Source: Macrostomum lignano
Lineage: Eukaryota
DNA length: 64,000 nucleotides
Assembly: GCA_002269645.1 (NCBI GenBank)
Contig: NIVC01002395.1
Location: forward strand, 1 to 64,000
Reading direction: 5' to 3'
The notes under the pieces were generated by a model. That model searched no databases and had not been told where the DNA came from. It saw nothing but the letters and a program-made list of their open reading frames with translations. Positions 1 to 12,074 of the stretch are shown piece by piece. Position 1 is the stretch's first letter. Each line of letters opens with the position of its first letter. The position numbers were made by a program, and so were the translations under genes.

Positions 1-800
1 GGAAGATTCTACTGAGGGAGATTCTACTGGGGAGATTCTACTAAGGGAAGATTCTACTAAGAGGAGATTCTACTGAGGGGATTCTACTGAGGGGAGATTC
101 TACTGAGGGGAGATTCTACTGAGGGAAGATTCTATGAGGGGAGATTCTACTGAGGGGAGATTCTACTGAGGGAAGATTCTACTGAGGGAAGATTCTACTC
201 TTAGAATCTTAGAGGGGAGATTAGAGGGAGATCTCTCTTAGAGGGGAGATTCTACTGAGGGAAGATTCTACTGAGGGAAGATTCTACTGAGGGAAGATTC
301 TACTGAGGGAAATTCTACTAGAGGAGATTCTACTGAGGGGATTCTACTGAGGGGAGATTCTACTGAGGGGAGATTCTACTGGGGGGAGATTCTACTGAGG
401 GGAAGTTCTACTGAAGGGAGATTCTACTGAGGGGGGATTCTACTGAGGGAAGATTCTACTAAGAGGAGATTCTACTGAGGGGATTCTACTGAGGGGAGAT
501 TCTACTGAGGGGAGATTCTACTGAGGGGATTCTACTGAGGAAGATTCTACTAAGAGGAGATTCTACTGAGGGGATTCTACTGAGGGGAGATTCTACTGAG
601 GGGAGATTCTACTGAGGGAAGATTCTACTGAGGGGAGATTCTACTGAGGGGATATTCTACTGAGGGAAGATTCTACTGAGGGGAGATTCTACTGGGGGAG
701 ATTCTACTGAGGGAAGATTCTACTGAGGGGAGATTCTACTGGGGGAGATTCTACTGAGGGAAGATTCTACTGAGGGGAGATTCTACGGGGAGATTCTACT
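1..800. repeat. ~16-bp minisatellite (GATTCTACTGAGGGGA)n, runs off the left edge
   Basis: Directly visible tandem units with G-run length variants. Confidence 0.97.
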
Positions 801-1281
801 GCTGTACGAGCCGATTGTTTGAAAATTAAACTAATTACAATCACAAAGTATTATGAATTTAATATCGTACGAGTGTATTACAATGTATTGTATCCATGGG
901 GAAAATAGAGGAATTTTCAGAATCTATGCTATTCATATCCGCTTGCTTTTTTTCTATTTTTGTCTGTTGAGTCTGCTTAAAGTATTTGGTTCTCTATCTC
1001 TCTATTTGCCCGCCTCTCTTTTGCGTCTCTTTGTCGCAGAGCTGGTTCGTTACGCATATATGAGTACAGATAATTATTGTCTAGTTTATTTTTGTCAGTT
1101 CTGCTACACAGCACAAGTCAGAGACCACTTCGAATAAACAGAGCTCCCGAGCACAGCCCATCAATTGTCTGCTTATATCATTTATAAATACAGCCTACAG
1201 TACCACTGCATTCTGCTATTAAATATCGAAGACGTTACTTGAACTACTTTTATCATATTTCATTTTTAAAGCTGTTAAAGA

Positions 1282-1282
1282 C

Positions 1283-1321
<39 letters not shown>

Positions 1322-1322
1322 A

Positions 1323-1357
<35 letters not shown>

Positions 1358-1398
1358 AAGACAGACAGAAAGACAGACAGACAGACAGACAGACAGAA

Positions 1399-1459
<61 letters not shown>

Positions 1460-1486
1460 GGCAGACACACAGACAGACAGACACTA

Positions 1487-1539
<53 letters not shown>

Positions 1540-1564
1540 CTAAGACAGACAGACAGACAGACAC

Positions 1565-1599
<35 letters not shown>

Positions 1600-1618
1600 C
1601 ACAGACAGACAGACACTA

Positions 1619-1703
<85 letters not shown>

Positions 1704-1704
1704 C

Positions 1705-1735
<31 letters not shown>

Positions 1736-1773
1736 GCAGGCAGACAGGCAGACAGACAGACAGACAGACACTA

Positions 1774-1854
<81 letters not shown>

Positions 1855-1945
1855 GGCAGACAGACAGACAGACAGACAGACGGACAGACGGATAGACAGA
1901 CAGGCAGACAGACAGACAGACAGACAGACACTAAGACAGACACTA

Positions 1946-2029
<84 letters not shown>

Positions 2030-2037
2030 GGACAGAC
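1282..2037. repeat. (GACA)n tetranucleotide microsatellite, ~750 bp
   Basis: Direct; explains the CLSV/TDRQ pseudo-ORFs. Confidence 0.99.
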
Positions 2038-2538
2038 CGGCAGTGCTCCATAAAACAGAATTCTCAATTTTTTTTACCGGCGCAGCTGAAAATGGCAAAA
2101 ACTGACCAATTAATCGATCGAAGAAAATCTGGGCTATCTACAGACGACACACACAGGAGAATTTTTCAAGCGCACAGCGATTTCAAACCGGTTCCGACTA
2201 GAAAAATGCTTGCAGAAAATTTTTCGAAATGATTTTTGAGGGCGGCTCAAGCAATTAGCCATACAGGGGTTTGGCTGTGGATTTGCCACGCCTAAACACG
2301 ATTTCTAAAGGGGCAGCTGCATGGCCTTCACATGACGTCTTGCAGCCTCACTTCGCAAGTTATATTTTATAATAACTCCACCATCTCTAGAAACTCGATT
2401 GACATTTAAAAAAACGGTATAAATGAAAAAATATTCTCCTGACTGGCTACTGTCAGTGGCAGTTGATGGTTATTTTTAACTATTTTAAAGCAGAAAATTC
2501 TACTTTCGCCAAATATTTCACATCCTATGCGAATATAG

Positions 2539-3410
2539 CTAACTAACTAACTAACGAACTACTTCTTGACTTAGCTGCAGGGCGGTCCGAAGACGCAGCG
2601 GGGAGGCGAGCGTCGCCCATTCCGCAAATCCCTGAGAAGCCCGCATAGGCAAGAGCGCGGGGCCGGTCAGGGAGGTCTTTGACTTAGCTGCAGGGGGCTC
2701 CGTGCATCCGGATGCAGCGAGGAGGCGCTGCTGCCCATTTGGCTAATCCCTGGCGACCAGGAGGGAGTTCAGGAGAGTCCAGGAGGTGGATGGTCGCTCG
2801 CCCGGTAGCCCTTAGGTAGCGGACGAGCTGGCATAGTTTCTTGGGTCTGAAAACGTCGGAGAGGTCCGGGTTTGGTCCGAGATAGGTGAGCCTGTCCTGA
2901 GTAAAGGCGGGGCATTCACAGATGAAGGGGCATAAAGGGGACAGATAGAGGGCCATGGTCACTGCCCTGATGTCCCTGCGGTTGAGTCCAAGCAGGGCGG
3001 TGAGGGGGGGTCTGCCGGGCCTGTCTGCAGCGTGGTCTTCGGTAGGGAAGACGGAGGATCGTTTGGTAGCCCGGAGAAACCGGCTCAGCCGTGGGATTTT
3101 TTTGGGCCTGCAAACGTCGTCCCAAGGGACGGGTTGGGCCCGAGGTAGTGTAGCCGGTCACGGTTCAAGGCCGGGCAGTAGCAGACGAAGTGCTTGGCGT
3201 CTTCGTTCTCGAGGTTGCAGAGGAGGCAGAGTTCGCTCCGGCGGACGCCTCGGAGGAAGCAGTGCCTGGCAAAGCAACCGTGACCTGTGAATGTCATAGT
3301 GAGAGCGCGGATATCTTTTCGATTTTGGTTCAGAAGGGTTCTCCGCAACTTGAGGGACGGATTGGGCACTGCCGCTCGGGATTGGCGGCAGTCGGGAATG
3401 CCGTATCGTA
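2539..3410 (-). mobile_element. Non-LTR retrotransposon 3' remnant(s): two diverged copies of the C-terminal CCHC domain, plus a duplicated ~110-bp 3' segment and a short (TTAG)n tail
   Basis: TGHG..RH..C-x2-[13 protein letters not shown] then [10 protein letters not shown] (3085-3441). A second, partial copy has [34 protein letters not shown] (2684-3000). TTGACTTAGCTGCAGGG is repeated at ~2567 and ~2679. Confidence 0.8.
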
Positions 3411-3790
3411 CATGGGTTTCCTGATCAATTGGTGGATACATTCAAGCCACACGATTTAGTGATTTTCAGGGCGAGGTTGCGAAACAACGTACTTCCACGG
3501 CCATTGACTTTATCTGTGCCAAAATTTGTTCGACTCTGTGGATCCTGAGGCAAGAAAAAGGAGTTTATCGACGAGTTATCTGTTTAAGCCGAAACGTTAG
3601 GGATCGTAGCGCCGTTGAACATTTGGGTCGGCAGATGTACTCGCGGGCTAGTAGATTTCTGGTAAAGGCTTATGACGATGCCACAAGGGATAAGGCCTCC
3701 AGCCATCTCTTGATAGACTTACACCAGGAAACGCCGGATATGATGAGACTATCAAGAGGGAGGATATTACGAGCTAGAAGCAAATTTTGA
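3411..3790 (+). mobile_element. Degenerate Maverick/Polinton-type packaging ATPase C-terminal relic
   Basis: Manual translation: [19 protein letters not shown], then (frameshift) RRVICLSRNVRDRSAVEHLGRQMY..FLVKAYDDATRDKASSHLLIDLHQETPDMMRL*. This matches the recalled family pattern FKNPRD..HLARQMY..DAT...YLLIDL.QETP..RL. Confidence 0.65.
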
Positions 3791-5100
3791 GAAACTGACT
3801 AAAGCGTATTAGTTTTTTGTGTTTTTTCATCGAATTATCGTACTTATCCAACCAATTCAGGACTATTAGGGACTAGGGACTATTATGTAAACTTAAGCTC
3901 ATAAGGTTGAATTCCTATTTGTCCCCTTGCTTGTTCTCTCCTATTTTCAGGTCCAATTTTTGTAACTTTTCTTGCCAAATCCAGCTTCCTCGCGTCACTG
4001 TGAGCAGAATGACCCATCATTTGTGTACACAGGTTACTCGGGCTCCACTTTATGAGCTCACACGCCTTCAGTTGACAGGCCCTTTGTCTCCACTCTGTTA
4101 TCATTTGTCAAATTATTAAACAAAGGTTACGATATTAGGCCCGTCCTAGAAAAAATCGAAATAAAACTAGTATATGCGTTTTATTAAATAACAATTAAAT
4201 ATTAATCAAAACAAAGACTACAGACTAATAAATTGGACAGTGACTGATTGCTATTGGAATAAAGCGTACTGCAGAAAAAACATAATTCGAGCGGTACAGG
4301 TTAATTTCAGAATTTGAATCAGGTAAAATATTGCATTGAAGTATTGCAAAAAAATACTCTATTTTCCTTCAACAAGCAAAAAAATTTCATGAGGAAGAAC
4401 TGACTGATTACAAGATAAATATATAAATTATATAAATATTATACATTGCAATTCGATTTTATTATAATTGCTATTGCCAGTATAGTATCAGACACGACAC
4501 GAGTGTTTTATCATTCTACCGCTGTAAAAATCTGAAGTTTCCTCCCACAATCACTAGATGGGACAATCGGCACATTTGCGTGTAAGCTACTAACAATTCA
4601 GTAGATGGTTCAGTATGAAGCATTTTACTGTGTTTTAGGACAAGACTAATTTTTCTTCACAAAATCTCGACCCACGCCCGCCTCTCAATTTTTATTGCCT
4701 TCCTCGGTGTTCCGCCTAAAGCTAGCATGATTATATAGACTCGTTTATTGCCCTCTAATTGGCCCCCTGGCCGCTACTTTCCACAAAATCTCTACCCCGC
4801 GCCCGCCTCTTATTGGCCCTCCGGCCGCGACTTGAGTTCCTGTCTAAAGCTGCCTGTCATGTACATTTTCAATAATGCTGGCTAATGTACATTACGGTTG
4901 ATCTCATAGCGAGTTGTTTACGTCTGCAAAACTCCAAACTGATTTTCTGTTCATAAAATAGCTTATGCATTCTTCCTTGCTACTGAACTGAAAGTAGAGA
5001 AACACACTTTTTCGAGCCAATGTTACACAGACGGCCCATCTAGTTTGTGAATAGCTTCTGAAATATTCGTCTCTCATTTCTGTAAATTGTGCTGTGCAGT

Positions 5101-6606
5101 TCACGTTAGTGGTGGCAGTTGCTTCACAGCCGCCGTCCTCTTGATGGGGCCTCGCTTCGGGTCGATGACACGCTGATCTGGTGGAATATTTCTGTAAAGT
5201 GAAAAGTCAAGAGAAAAAATACACTAAAAGGATAGGAACAATTGAAATTTCGCCGGAACTTTGCCTTGTCTCTGTATGTTGGCAGAGATCATGATTACAT
5301 CAGAAAAAGCTTGATAAAACTTGTGAATGCACCTCAAAATAAAACACATCCTAGTTGTTGCCTCATTGGAAATACTGAAGTCCTGAAAGTAGAGTCGTGG
5401 TAAGGTACATCGAGATCGAGATCTTTTGAATGAATCCCAGGATGCTTTGATCAAGATCAAGGGTAATCGTCGCTGCACTTACTTGAGCGAAATACCGTGC
5501 CTCTTTCCCTGGTGAGCCGATTCGCGATTGACCAAGTCAGCCGAAAAGTTCGCAGCGTCTGCTGGCTGCACGGACAGTCGCAGGGCGTTGAGCTGCGCGC
5601 TTACAGAGCTGGCGTTCTGTTGAACCGCCTTTCGCTCCTCGTTGGCCTTGTGATATGCCTGATAGTAGCATGTAGCGGGTTTTGGTAGAATTAATGTACT
5701 TTATGGACGTTTCAAGATTTTTGGACAAATTCAAATCGAAGGGCTGGAATTGAGAGCCAATTGACATTTAAGAATGCAATTAGATTTCGAGAGACGGGAC
5801 TTACAAGTATATACAGTAGTTGTATGTAAATATAGCTTTGTAGCTTTTTTCTAGAGTGTTATAAATTTTTACCTTGGCTTCTTGTTCGATCCGCAGCTCA
5901 ATGTCAAACAACTGATTCATCAAAGCTCGCTTCTCAGCCTCCAAAGCGGAAAGAAGGCCGCTTGAAGCGTCATCGCCGAACTCCCCTGGTGGCGCGTTTG
6001 CTTTCGAGCTTTTCTTATCTAGAAAGTCGGGGAAAGCTTGCTTAATTTTATTGGCTTCAGTTTATTTGCTTAAGTTTATTCGATTTAAACTATCCTCACA
6101 TGACTGCGACTTGCTTGCTGCAGTGGCCACCTTGACTTGTAGCGTAGCCGCCTGCTTTCTTAGTTGTTCATTCATTTCCTGCTGAATTTCGTAGCGCGTC
6201 TTCCATTCGCTGTCTGCAAATCGAGTTGAATAAGTACGAACATAAAGCAATCATTAAAAAGTAAAAGTAAACCATATTTACTCCACTTTGAACTTCGAGG
6301 CTTACTTTGCTCATCACTATTTTGCCTTTGCTCTTCTAGCTCGGATATCGCAATATCAAGCTCGTCGCAGTAATTTTCAAGAGTGTCTCTGCAATTTTTG
6401 TGCACAAAAATTATCGTTGGGCTGTTTTTATGAAAAATGCCTGGATTGTCGAGGAGGTTTCTGTTCCGTAGACTGTAGCCATTGATTTTGCATTTGATAC
6501 AGGACACAAATGGATTACACAGGCGAAAAATGCAAACTTACTTGTACTTTCTTTCTTGGGAAACAATAGACCGCAATTGATCTATTTCAAAATGTTCCGA
6601 AAACAT
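5101..6606 (-). CDS. CCDC169: Coiled-coil protein CCDC169-like; exons complement(5101-5191,5483-5658,5873-6018,6100-6213,6306-6388,6542-6606), 224 aa
   Basis: All introns GT-AG; phases are consistent and total 675 nt. Motifs SEWKTRYEIQQEMNEQL, LEAEKRAL..IEQEAKAYHKANEER and DPKRGPIKRTAAVKQLP match recalled CCDC169. Confidence 0.85.
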
Positions 6607-8256
6607 AGCGCATTCCCAGTACGTCAAGTTAAAACTAATACCAAACCAAAGTAGCTAGCTTTAAAAAGAATATTTACCATCAAGTTGATTTTATGCACCA
6701 CTCTATAAAATCAACTTTAAATTCCACTTTTTAAATATAAAATCTTTCTTATATGTTTTACGCAGCAGTTTTTTGACAAAACTCAGCTACAAACTAGTCT
6801 ACTTAAATAATAAAATTTAAACTTTTGATTTAGTACGTAAAATTTTTTAAACTCGTTGAATCTTCCGCGAAATATACAAGAAACCAAACTGAAACTCCTT
6901 TAAATCCTCCTGTTTCGTATGCTGAAGTTTAATATGATATATATATTCTACAATTACACAAATTTTTACAAATACATTACCGTGTCTAATATTCTTCAAT
7001 GTGGTTAATCATTCTTTTTTCAAATTACTTAGTTTATTCATAGGATTTTCATTATACACTCTATTTCATTTTGTTAAATAAATAATTATTATTCAAACAA
7101 CCATTTACTAGATGAAAACTATACGTGCGTATGGATTCCGGTTTTTTTTTTTACTGTCCTAATACTTCTCTAAATTTTGAAAGAAATTAAACCCGGATTT
7201 CTGATGTAGGGATAAAATTTAATTTAATAATAGCATCTAGCGATATATTTATGGGTGTGGACCTGGGTGGGGGGGGGGTCAAGGAGGCTATGGCTCCCCC
7301 CAGCCCCAGCTAGTGGCCAAAAATGGGCCATACTTTTTTATAACTATGCATCTTACATATAGATTTTCTAATATTTTCTTGTAGTTGCTTGATATAGCTT
7401 GCTTTTTAAAAATTATGACTATTTAGATTTCTATTAATATTACTATTGTATTAGAATAATAGGGCATAATATATGCTAATATTAAAAATTATCAGATGGG
7501 ATACTTTATTTTCTAAGTAAATATTTTATATATGCTATAAAATATAAAATATTTTTAATACCACTTATAAACTTATTATTATAAAGTAAAAATATACAGT
7601 TTTAGTACTAAAATTTATTGAAAACTTACCTTTTAAATTTAGTTATCCTTAGTATTTAAGTCTAGGTTAATATAAAAATTAGAAATCTTTTTAAGTTTTT
7701 TAATATCAATGACTCTAGCTAATAGTAATAGGTTATATCATCTAAGCAAAATTGTTTTCCTTGCAGCTAATACAAGAAGTACTACTGTTAATGTTATATA
7801 AGTACCTTATTAATAGGGATATGTATGTACTTGGCATTTTGTTGATTGCTTTTTGCTGATACCAGCACTTTGGACATTGCTAGCAGTGGTTTACATTTGT
7901 GTCTAGACCTTGTGTACCTCTTTTGACATGCTTGACTAGCTAATAATATAATTTGTTGTTATTGATTGTTATTAAAATAAAGAATTTTTGTTTAGATTTA
8001 ACTTGATACATAATTTATGTTAAAAGTAAATTAATGTTTACTCATATGCATCATATTATTATTCTAGATTTGAGCAACTTTCCTAAATATCATATTGTTA
8101 CATTACTGCTTTAGTCTTGGCATACCTAGCTAAGAAAGTTTTATATAATATTTAATAACAAAAGACAAAGAATCTTATGCCAATGTAGCTTTAAACATTC
8201 AAAGCATTTTTGTTTTAATTTTTTTAAAAGCATCTAAACATTTTACCCAACTATCT

Positions 8257-8859
8257 ATGATGCTGAGTAGCAGCATCACCAGTGTGTGCGTGGCATCCTC
8301 TGATTTGCCCGCCTGCCAAGCAATCGGCCAATGGGACGCCAAAGTCATCATGGCTGTCTGCAGGCCACACCACCAACTACAGCAGCCTCGCCATCTCCTT
8401 CTGGTCGCCTTTGATCAGCACGCGGTGCACGAGCGCGTGCTCCTGGAGCACCTCGCCAAGCGTTGGTCTCGACATCCGCGCCGGCGCCAGTGCAGTCGCG
8501 CCAGGCTGCAGAGCGCCAGCTGCCGCGCCGCCATCCGATTCGGCGACATTCTTCGCCGTCGAGAATGCGCCGAACTGCTCAGCTTGCTGCGCCACTGCTC
8601 GGCGCCATTTCAGTGCGCGCACGGTAGGCAGGCTGTCTGGCCGATTGCCCGGCTCAACCCGTTGATCGATGAGGGAAAGGGCGACGCGGCTGACTACATT
8701 TTGGAGGCGTTGCGCTCTGCCGTCCCGACGCCCGCGCCCATTTCCGATTCAGTTTCGGGTCCGTCATCTGAGCAGCGCGCATTTTCGTCAACATTTCTAT
8801 CTGACAGAGAGTTGCCATCGTTGGCTGTTGATTTCAAAGTTTGCTCGGACATTTTTTAA
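8257..8859 (+). CDS. MLH3: MLH3-type MutL C-terminal endonuclease domain (single exon visible; N-terminal ATPase not found in window)
   Basis: QWDAKVI, DQHAVHERVLLE (DQHAx2Ex4E), SCRAAIRFGD and PFQCAHGR. GC-rich island in AT-rich flanks. Possible acceptor AG at 8229-8230 leaves an open in-frame lead-in. Confidence 0.8.
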   Translation: MMLSSSITSVCVASSDLPACQAIGQWDAKVIMAVCRPHHQLQQPRHLLLVAFDQHAVHERVLLEHLAKRWSRHPRRRQCSRARLQSASCRAAIRFGDILRRRECAELLSLLRHCSAPFQCAHGRQAVWPIARLNPLIDEGKGDAADYILEALRSAVPTPAPISDSVSGPSSEQRAFSSTFLSDRELPSLAVDFKVCSDIF

Positions 8860-9349
8860 ATTGATTTAAGACATTTTTATTAGTTGGATTTTTTAGATTA
8901 AAATTGGAATTAGAGCATTGTCTTGTTCTTTGTTGTCCTGCTAATTTTGACTATCTAGTGTATCTTAGATATGGAACTTTTTGTTGCCTTTCAAACTAAT
9001 TTTAGAAGTTTTGAGTTAGTTTTTGATTAGACTGTTTGCCTTTGTGTCTCAATTTACTGACTACTGTTTACTGGAAAAACAAATCAGAACAACAAGCAGC
9101 TGAGCCATTTTTTAACCTCTTCAACTGGAGAGGCTGAGAATTATTTATTTTTTTACTTTCCTTTTTTGAAGCAATAGAAAATTAATTAAGTGAATGATCT
9201 ATTGAATGAGCTTTCGTTTTAGAGCTAGTGGCATTTGTTTGTTACTTCTATTGTGGATAGTCTCTGACTCTTACTATAGGTTCCCAAACGAATGAAATTT
9301 ATAAAGACAGTTCAAGAAGCTTATACAGTCTTTCGTCAAGTAGATCTCC

Positions 9350-10924
9350 TTAATCAACAATGCTAGGGTTCGAGCAGGCGACATCTTCCGAGTTGGGATA
9401 GCCGTGATAGAAGATGTTCCACAGTATGCCGAACAGAATGAGCACAGAGGCGGCCACGATGGCTACGATGGACACCACGCCCTCCCAGGGCTTCTTGTCG
9501 ATGTTGCGTAGCACAGGTGTGCCAACCAGCAGTCCAGCCAGCATGCCGCCAACATGAGCTGAGACGCTCATCGGCACCTTGAGCGTCAGAGCGTAGCGTC
9601 TGTAGGCTGCTACGCCAAAGTCTACGCCAACAAATAGTGTCAGGTAGACTAGCGTCATAACTCCGCTGAGCAGGAATTTCAACGGGTTGCTGCGGCACTT
9701 CAGCCAGTCGCTTTGCAGTTCCTCCCAGTTCATCAGCACCGTGGCGTAGTGAGCACCAATCAGAGAGTAGACTCCGCCAGATGCGCCAACCATAGCCGTC
9801 TTGGGATCGATGATGCTGCTGGCCAGGGCGCCGGCGAATACGCCGATTAAGAATACCGGGCCAACGCGCCAGATTTTGTGCACAGTCTCCAGTGGTACAC
9901 CGAGAATGAGGCCGAGAACAGTGTTGAATACGATGTGATGGTAGCCGTCGTGCAGCAACATGTAGCTGATAAAGCGCCAAGCCTGCTGACGGACGCTTGG
10001 GCAGAACACTAACGGACTGTAGTAGGGCAGGCCACTCTCCCAGCTGACGTGGTTCCAGTCTGGTCCGCGGTTCAGCTCTACAGCGTAGATGATGAAGAAG
10101 ATCCAGATGATCACGAACAGCAGAGGCATGAATATAGGCGGCGGTCTGCAGTTGTAGGCCTCCAGGTAGGACTCCTCCGGGATTGGCTCGCCTTCGTTTG
10201 CCGCTTCCTTCTTTGTTTCGCGAACCTTTCGCTTAGCGGCGGGCGTCAGCTTCTTAATGACCTTGTTAACTACTTTTTCGCTTTTTTTCACCTCGGTCTT
10301 TTTTGTATACTTCATGCCGTTGTAGAATTCGTTCCAGGACACCCGGCGATTGCCGTCCTTGTCCAGCTGTTTAAATAGGCATTTCAGCTTGTACTTGCGA
10401 CCGAGCTCGTTCTCGTACTGTTTGATCAGGGCATCAAAATCTTCGATTAGCATGCCGCCCTGCGGTTCAAATGGTTCGAAGTGATGCTTGAAGGTTACTG
10501 TTAGCCATGCCCGGTAGCTCTCTTCGTCTACTCCACTTTGCTGCTGCTGTTCCTGCAGCTGCACGTAGGGGGGACCGCCGCCGCGGGAGCTGCCACCGCC
10601 CGGCTTGCGACTGCCGCCGCTGCCGCTTCCAGTGGTGCTGATTGTGACGCTGGCTGCTGGCGCGCGGCGTTGCGGCTGCTGCTGCTGTTGCTCCATCGGG
10701 ATGTCCATGCCCGGATCAAAGGTGCCGTACTGTTGCTGCTGCTGCATCATGTCGGATTCTTCTTCTTTCTGCTGCTGCTGCTGCCGCTGGGGCTGCTGTC
10801 GTTGGGGCTGCTGTGGCTGCTGTTGCACCTGCTGCGTCATGTCGGGTTCCTCCTGCTGCTGTTCCTGGCCATAGTCGAAAGTGGCTCGGGCTCGACTAGG
10901 CTGTTGCTGTCGCTGCTGTTCCAT
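9350..10924 (-). CDS. Intronless rhomboid intramembrane serine protease with N-terminal EF-hand (RHBDL3/rho-4-like secretase type), 524 aa
   Basis: EF-hand loop DKDGNRRVSWNE, WR motif (QAWRFISYMLLH), catalytic GASGG and AHVGG, about 7 hydrophobic helices, Gln-rich N-terminus. Confidence 0.93.
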   Translation of the reverse strand: MEQQRQQQPSRARATFDYGQEQQQEEPDMTQQVQQQPQQPQRQQPQRQQQQQKEEESDMMQQQQQYGTFDPGMDIPMEQQQQQPQRRAPAASVTISTTGSGSGGSRKPGGGSSRGGGPPYVQLQEQQQQSGVDEESYRAWLTVTFKHHFEPFEPQGGMLIEDFDALIKQYENELGRKYKLKCLFKQLDKDGNRRVSWNEFYNGMKYTKKTEVKKSEKVVNKVIKKLTPAAKRKVRETKKEAANEGEPIPEESYLEAYNCRPPPIFMPLLFVIIWIFFIIYAVELNRGPDWNHVSWESGLPYYSPLVFCPSVRQQAWRFISYMLLHDGYHHIVFNTVLGLILGVPLETVHKIWRVGPVFLIGVFAGALASSIIDPKTAMVGASGGVYSLIGAHYATVLMNWEELQSDWLKCRSNPLKFLLSGVMTLVYLTLFVGVDFGVAAYRRYALTLKVPMSVSAHVGGMLAGLLVGTPVLRNIDKKPWEGVVSIVAIVAASVLILFGILWNIFYHGYPNSEDVACSNPSIVD

Positions 10925-12074
10925 TTAGTTGCAACTTGTCTTCACGACAATGCTACCGCGTTGCTTGGCCTTGTAGTTTGAATGTTTGGCTCAATCTGGT
11001 TGGGTATTATTATTGTATTTGGGCTCCGCTGTGAAAGCGACCGAAACGGGAATGAAGAGGAGTGGAGAGAGACTCGCAAAATTTTGGCTGCTACTTTCTT
11101 TATACCTCTCTTTTATTCATTCTTTAAGGGCGCGCACTCTGCATTCTGAGCTGCCTCTGCGGCGTGTTCCGCGTGTTCGATGGCCGATGCTTGGGTTGGC
11201 TTGGAGCCTGAGAAGGATTGGGGCGGGTCGAGCTAATGTACGTTTGTATTGTGGTAGCAATGAATTCATTCTCTCTCTCTCTCCACATTGTTGCGACTTG
11301 GCTATTGTTGTTATTGTCCATTTGAAGCTGCACCGCTGCCACCTCCATTTTCGAGTTAGCTGGCTAATTTTCGTGATTGAGCACAGCTTTGTGCCTGGGG
11401 CACAAAACATTGATGCGGGTAAAGTAGGGCATTACCTCAGGGTAGAGTAGAGACTAAATTTTACAACACTATCCAAAAGCAAAATGGATTGATGCGCGTG
11501 TCTTGCGCCACTGCAGCACGTGTTTTGTTGACTGTCCTACTTTTCAATTTTGCACCGACTGCTTATGGCTTATAGTCACAAACAGAAGTGTTCTATTCTG
11601 ATGCTTTGAGTGAGCCTGCTCTATAGGCTCTATGAGAATGTTCATATAAATTTTTAGTGTAATGGATTTAGTGTGCTTTATATAATGTAATGACAAGCAA
11701 TACGTTAAGCCAGCATATAAATTTTTTAATTTTATTGAAAAATTCGAGCATTCAGTTTATAACTTTATGACGCAGCCAATCAGATTCAACCAATTCTGCT
11801 TTCGTCTATGGTGAAAACACCGCCTAAGATCTGTGGCACAGGCAGAGCATTGAATTCAAGACACGGAGCAGTTCAATTCAGACAAGTCATGCCCGCCAGA
11901 GCTGGAGAGGCCACCAGACAAAATCAATCTACAGGATTGGCGTTCCATGACAATGCAGAGAATCGCTGAGTCAGGCGCGGCTGTCATCACGGTTGACAAA
12001 AGTGCAGCAGCTGATTTACTCACACACTGCGCTTCCTGCTCCACTGTTTGGCCCGTGAAAACATCTGGTTGAGC

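Noticed and set aside
1219-2067. CLSV/TDRQ repeat ORFs
   Set aside because: Translations of the (GACA)n microsatellite.
4904-5104. 66-aa minus-strand ORF after CCDC169
   Set aside because: It overlaps the CCDC169 stop and lies in the presumptive 3' UTR; no motif.
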